A DNA stretch of 64,000 bases from Tubiluchus corallicola (taxonomy: Eukaryota; Animalia; Priapulida), in NCBI GenBank assembly GCA_030141605.1, contig JAQGDQ010000099.1, forward strand, positions 17,194 to 81,193. The letters are read 5' to 3'. The position numbers were made by a program, and so were the translations under genes. Positions 59,111-64,000 of the stretch are shown in pieces (within the stretch, counting starts at the first letter, position 1; each line of letters begins with the position of its first letter). The notes under the pieces are model-generated. The model did not search any database, was not told where the DNA came from, and saw only the letters and a list, made by a program, of their open reading frames with translations.

Positions 59111-59149
59111 ACACCAGTTTCAAACGAAAAACACGGAACCATCATTTCA

Positions 59150-59812
<663 letters not shown>

Positions 59813-59977
59813 TGCAAAACTCATCAACACGCCATTATCATTGAATGTTTCTATTTCGATGACTTGCTGGACATTTTTAAACACAACGCACATGTCACAA
59901 TAACTATAAAGTAGTAATAGAATACTTTATAAACGATTTTATGGAAAACGAACTCTTCTTTGCAGCTTTGTGTAAAT

Positions 59978-60228
59978 ACGGTGACATAAATAAAGTCACA
60001 TGAAAAAAGTCACGGAAAAAAGTCACAATTTTGGCTAAGAAGTCACAATTAATTTTGGCTAGTTTGGGTTAGGCTTAGCGTTAGGCTTAGGGTTAGAGTT
60101 AGGGTTAGCGACTTAGGGTTGGGTTATTTCTTTCTTCCTCTGCTTTTTATCCTGTTATCTTTTTCCTGTAACTTTTTTCCGTGACTTTTTTACCTATGAC
60201 TTTTTTATCTGAGACTTTATTACCTGTA
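59978..60228. mobile_element. Small foldback element with AAAAAGTCAC subterminal repeats and a TTAGGG-like core
   Basis: Left AAAGTCAC x4 is mirrored by right GTGACTTTTTT-like units. The centre reads TTAGGCTTAGCGTTAGGCTTAGGGTTAGAGTTAGGG. Confidence 0.65.
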
Positions 60229-62679
60229 TTTATATAAGCAAATTCAAATTATGTTACATGAGTTGTTTTCACAAGAGCGCATCTGACGTTTTTGTCTCTT
60301 TTTGATCTAATTTGGATTTGCAGATCGCATCCATTTCTGTTTCTGGTTGAATATGAAATAGTGCAATTATTTTGTTGCAGCAATCTGCTAATTACAATTT
60401 GTGTCCTTTCGCTGATTTAACCATTGTAGCACCATAAGCTAGTGGACATGCTGGCACGTGTGTTCAAGGACCTCTATAACAAATTTTTAACTATAGTAAC
60501 ATTTTAGTTATAGAGGTCCTTGGTGTATTTCACGTTTGCATTTACAGCTTTTAGGGTTCATTTTACTGTTGATTACAGTAACATTTTAGCAGTCACTAGG
60601 GATGTGTTACCTTCTTCATTCACCCATTCATTCCACATATTGCTGATAATTATCATAATAAATTTTCAAAGCCTTTCAACATTTATGGACGGCATAAGGT
60701 TCTGCACTAGTCGGTCCTTAGAACTGAATTCTCATGTCCATTTTGACCATTACATCCACCTCTTTACGGGCTGCCATTTTAAAGTCCGTTTTGATGTTAC
60801 ACTAGCGAATAATCTGACTAGGGTTTTTTCGATTATAGACTCATTTGCTGTTTGGTTATAGACGTATAGTCTAAAAATAGTATCGATCTATCAAAGAATG
60901 TCTTGCAACTCCTTTCCTTCGTTATGCTTGTTGTAACACTGCGCTGAGTTTGCGCTGAAAAGATATGCAGACACAACAACGACAGCGACAACGACAAGGA
61001 CAACAACAGCAGCAGCGAAAAGTGCAGACGACGTCAGCGACATCACCTCTCCTAACTAAAGCATAAATGACTTACAAAATTTTTCTTACTCTGCAAGCTA
61101 AAACCAAGGCAAGCCGCTATTCACAAATTATGCAATAACGAATTAGACAAGCGAGAGCACCATCCGGGCGTCACCCAAAACAAGTAAAGACCATGTTCTC
61201 TTTGAAGAATTCGTCGACGTCACAACAATTAATCACTGTTCGGATTATATGTGTCAAACCAATTTGTGAACCGCAAAGAAAATTCCGTCTAATTAATTTC
61301 GTTGAGGTGATGAAGAATGCTAGCACTAGTTCAGGAGACATGTATGCAGGTCACACAGGTCAGCTAGGTGACACATCTGAGTGACTCGCTTTTGTCAACT
61401 CTTTGTTAATTAATAAGTAGTTAAGTCTCATACATTATACAGGACGAGAACGAGAAAAAGTTTGGTATTCTAACTATAATTTGCTAGTGGCTAAGCAACG
61501 GTAGCATTTTAATGATTAAGACGAGGGCAGCAAAGATAACGATGACGATGATGATAATGACGATGACGATGATGGTGATCATGATGATGACAATGGCGAA
61601 AACGAACGACGACAATAACGACAATAAGATGTTGGTGATGATGACGATGATAACAGTAATGATCGTGATGTAGATAAAAACAGTAGTGGCTGTGAATATC
61701 GAGTGGGTCTATCCAGACAAGTACATTTCTTCGATACTTGGCTGTCAGAAAAATTGCCTAATCCCTTTGATTTGACAGGGGACTGACCGGTCAGTCAATC
61801 GACTAGTTAGATACAGCATGTATTTCATTCGTTTATTTATCGTTTCACTCATTCAGCCAGGTGAACAACTTGGATCGTATCTGTGTCAGTTTATGCTAAC
61901 TGCTATTTTTGTGAAAAAAAAATTAAAACTGAATTTAGACCAAACAAGTTTTGTCTGGCGGAACGATCAGCGGTCATTTGCGAATGACACGTGATTCACT
62001 GCAGAAAAATTCCAACAATGGAAACAGCTCAGACCTAAATTCCTTACAAATATCGCTTTCTGTATAACGCCTGAACACGCGTTATAACTGTATAACTGGC
62101 CAAAAACTGTATCACTTTCAGACTCACTCAAGCACACGTATTTTGAACACACCTGTAAGCAGTGTCAGCCCGAGACGAGACGAAAACAAAAAAAAATCAC
62201 TCTCACGGGGCGACCTAGATATAAACGTACTGAATAAACTTGGCCTAATCCAATAATTGTACTTTTTCTTTTCACTTTTTCGACTTTTTTTATAGCCACT
62301 ATCAACTTCAATGCGTAGTACTAAAGTCTGCCCCGCTGAGACCTCTTCTGAGACTTAGGTAAACTCCTTGACCGATCATTGTGAGTTGTTATTGTAGTGC
62401 GTAAACAATATTTGCGGCTGATAAAATCAATATTATGTAATAAGGAATTTAATCAAAATGCGTATAGTTTGTAATTTCTGCTAATGACATTATAACGAAA
62501 ACGCCATTTTCTTCAAAGATCTTTGATTAAGGTCAAAGAACTGGTACAAAGCAAACGCTTAGTTCTCTAAAAGGCATCAAGTCGAATGTATTATTCAACA
62601 TTTTTGTCCGCTGATGTTAGGAATAAACATAAATTAAATTACCAGTCGATGATAAATTACCTATCTTTGAACATTTAAA

Positions 62680-62945
62680 TGATGGTGGTGACGTTGTTGT
62701 TGTTGTTGTTGTTGTTGTTGTTGCTGTTGTTGTCGTCGTCGTCGTCGTTGTTGTTGCTGTTGTTGTTTGTTGCTGTTGTTGTCGTCGTCGTCGTTGTTGT
62801 TGTTGTTGATGATCATGATCATGATAATGACGATGACGACAATGATAATAATAATTGTCACGATGTGATGGTGATGATATTCGTTTTGATGATGACTATG
62901 ATGAAGAGTATGAGGAGGAGAAGGGGAAGGAGAAAGCGGGGCAAA
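62680..62945. repeat. Compound trinucleotide low-complexity tract (TTG/TCG/GAT/GAG)
   Basis: Direct reading; similar tracts at about 43105, 44615, 49545, 57570-57800 and 61535-61670. Confidence 0.85.
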
Positions 62946-64000
62946 TAGATGACAATTATTAGAAGGTGAAGAAGGAGAAAAACGAAAACGACAGTCATGA
63001 TGATGGTAAAGCTACATTAACTCGATAGTGGTCATCATTACTTATGAACTACTGTTGAAAAAATCTTCCAGTTCTTATAACGTTTGATAAATAGCATGCA
63101 CTTTCTTCTTTGCTATACCAGTTAGTTGAGAGAAAAGGCAGTATTGCTTACGAGCTATTCTAAAAATTATCAATATTTTGAGTTAGTGAGCGTCGGACAT
63201 TGAATCTTTGAAACCTTGCAAGCACCTCCTTTTTTGCAAAATCTTGGAAAATAGCTCTACCCGTCTTATTTTTCTGTTGAGTTAGATATTTCTAGTTAAC
63301 ACTATTGTGTCCCAGTTACATCCACGTCTATAATTATGCCTGCTATATTATTACTGCGTTCAACAAGGCATAAATTAATCTTTGCATATTCTATAAATTC
63401 CATAAACTGCTTAGAATCTTATATGGACGTAGTTGTGGCCTCGTGGATCGCGAGGCGTAGAAGATTCTAGACTAAAACTATATCTATGCCTTCAAAATGT
63501 AACCACAAATATAATAATATAGGTACTTTTATGTGTAGGAATATGTCCATTAATGCAATTTTGTGGTCTGTCTAGTCAATTTGTCGTTTATCTACACCTG
63601 ATGTGGTCTACAGTCAAAAATAAAATATTATTATGGTAATTAAATGCGTAAGTTGTGACGTATTCACGTGTTGTCACTGTCACACAACCAATTAAAATGT
63701 GGTTGTGTCGTGTTTTGTTCAACAATCTCTTCTGTATCTTGTCTACGACTCAGGACCTATTTCAGCTTAGGCGAGGCCCGGGGAAGTGAGGCGTGTGAGG
63801 CCCCATCGGGCGGGGGGGGGGGGGCGAGCGCTATCATGGTTGGTGCCCAGAAAATTTTTTAACTAACTGCTAGAACGCCGGAGAAGCATTTTCGAAGAGA
63901 AAATATGGAGTTATACAGTTGTTAAAGGAAAGAACAATTGAAAGAAAAACTGCTTTATTCTCAAGACCTGTCCTTAATACTTGTCAATACTGGCAAACGG

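Noticed and set aside
60062-60125. Telomere or interstitial telomeric array
   Set aside because: Short and degenerate, and embedded between the inverted arms of a small element.
61967-62152. Possible upstream peroxidase exon
   Set aside because: An acceptor-like site is present, but the peptide has no similarity to the expected region and no phase-1 donor fits the 53921 exon.

Overview
AT-rich, intron-rich animal genomic DNA, invertebrate-like. Bases 1-11539 are a head-to-tail tandem of a Ty3/Gypsy LTR retrotransposon with a period of about 8104 bp. It comprises a partial frameshifted copy, a shared 311-bp LTR, one intact gag/pol copy and a second LTR. This array appears to lie in the last intron of a minus-strand 15-hydroxyprostaglandin-dehydrogenase-like SDR gene, of which 5 exons were found (12242-16812). 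Upstream on the same strand is a double-domain heme peroxidase gene (DBLOX/CG10211-like). It has 25 exons traced in frame from 53921 to 22309, and both domains keep the catalytic residues. The ORF track misses two things: a two-exon, divergent barrier-to-autointegration-factor (BAF)-like gene on the plus strand (59150-59812) and a twister-ribozyme motif heading an internally deleted RTE element (35806-35853). The rest is MITEs, decayed LINEs, SINE-like pieces, a long palindrome and microsatellites. All calls come from manual reading and translation; no searches were run.
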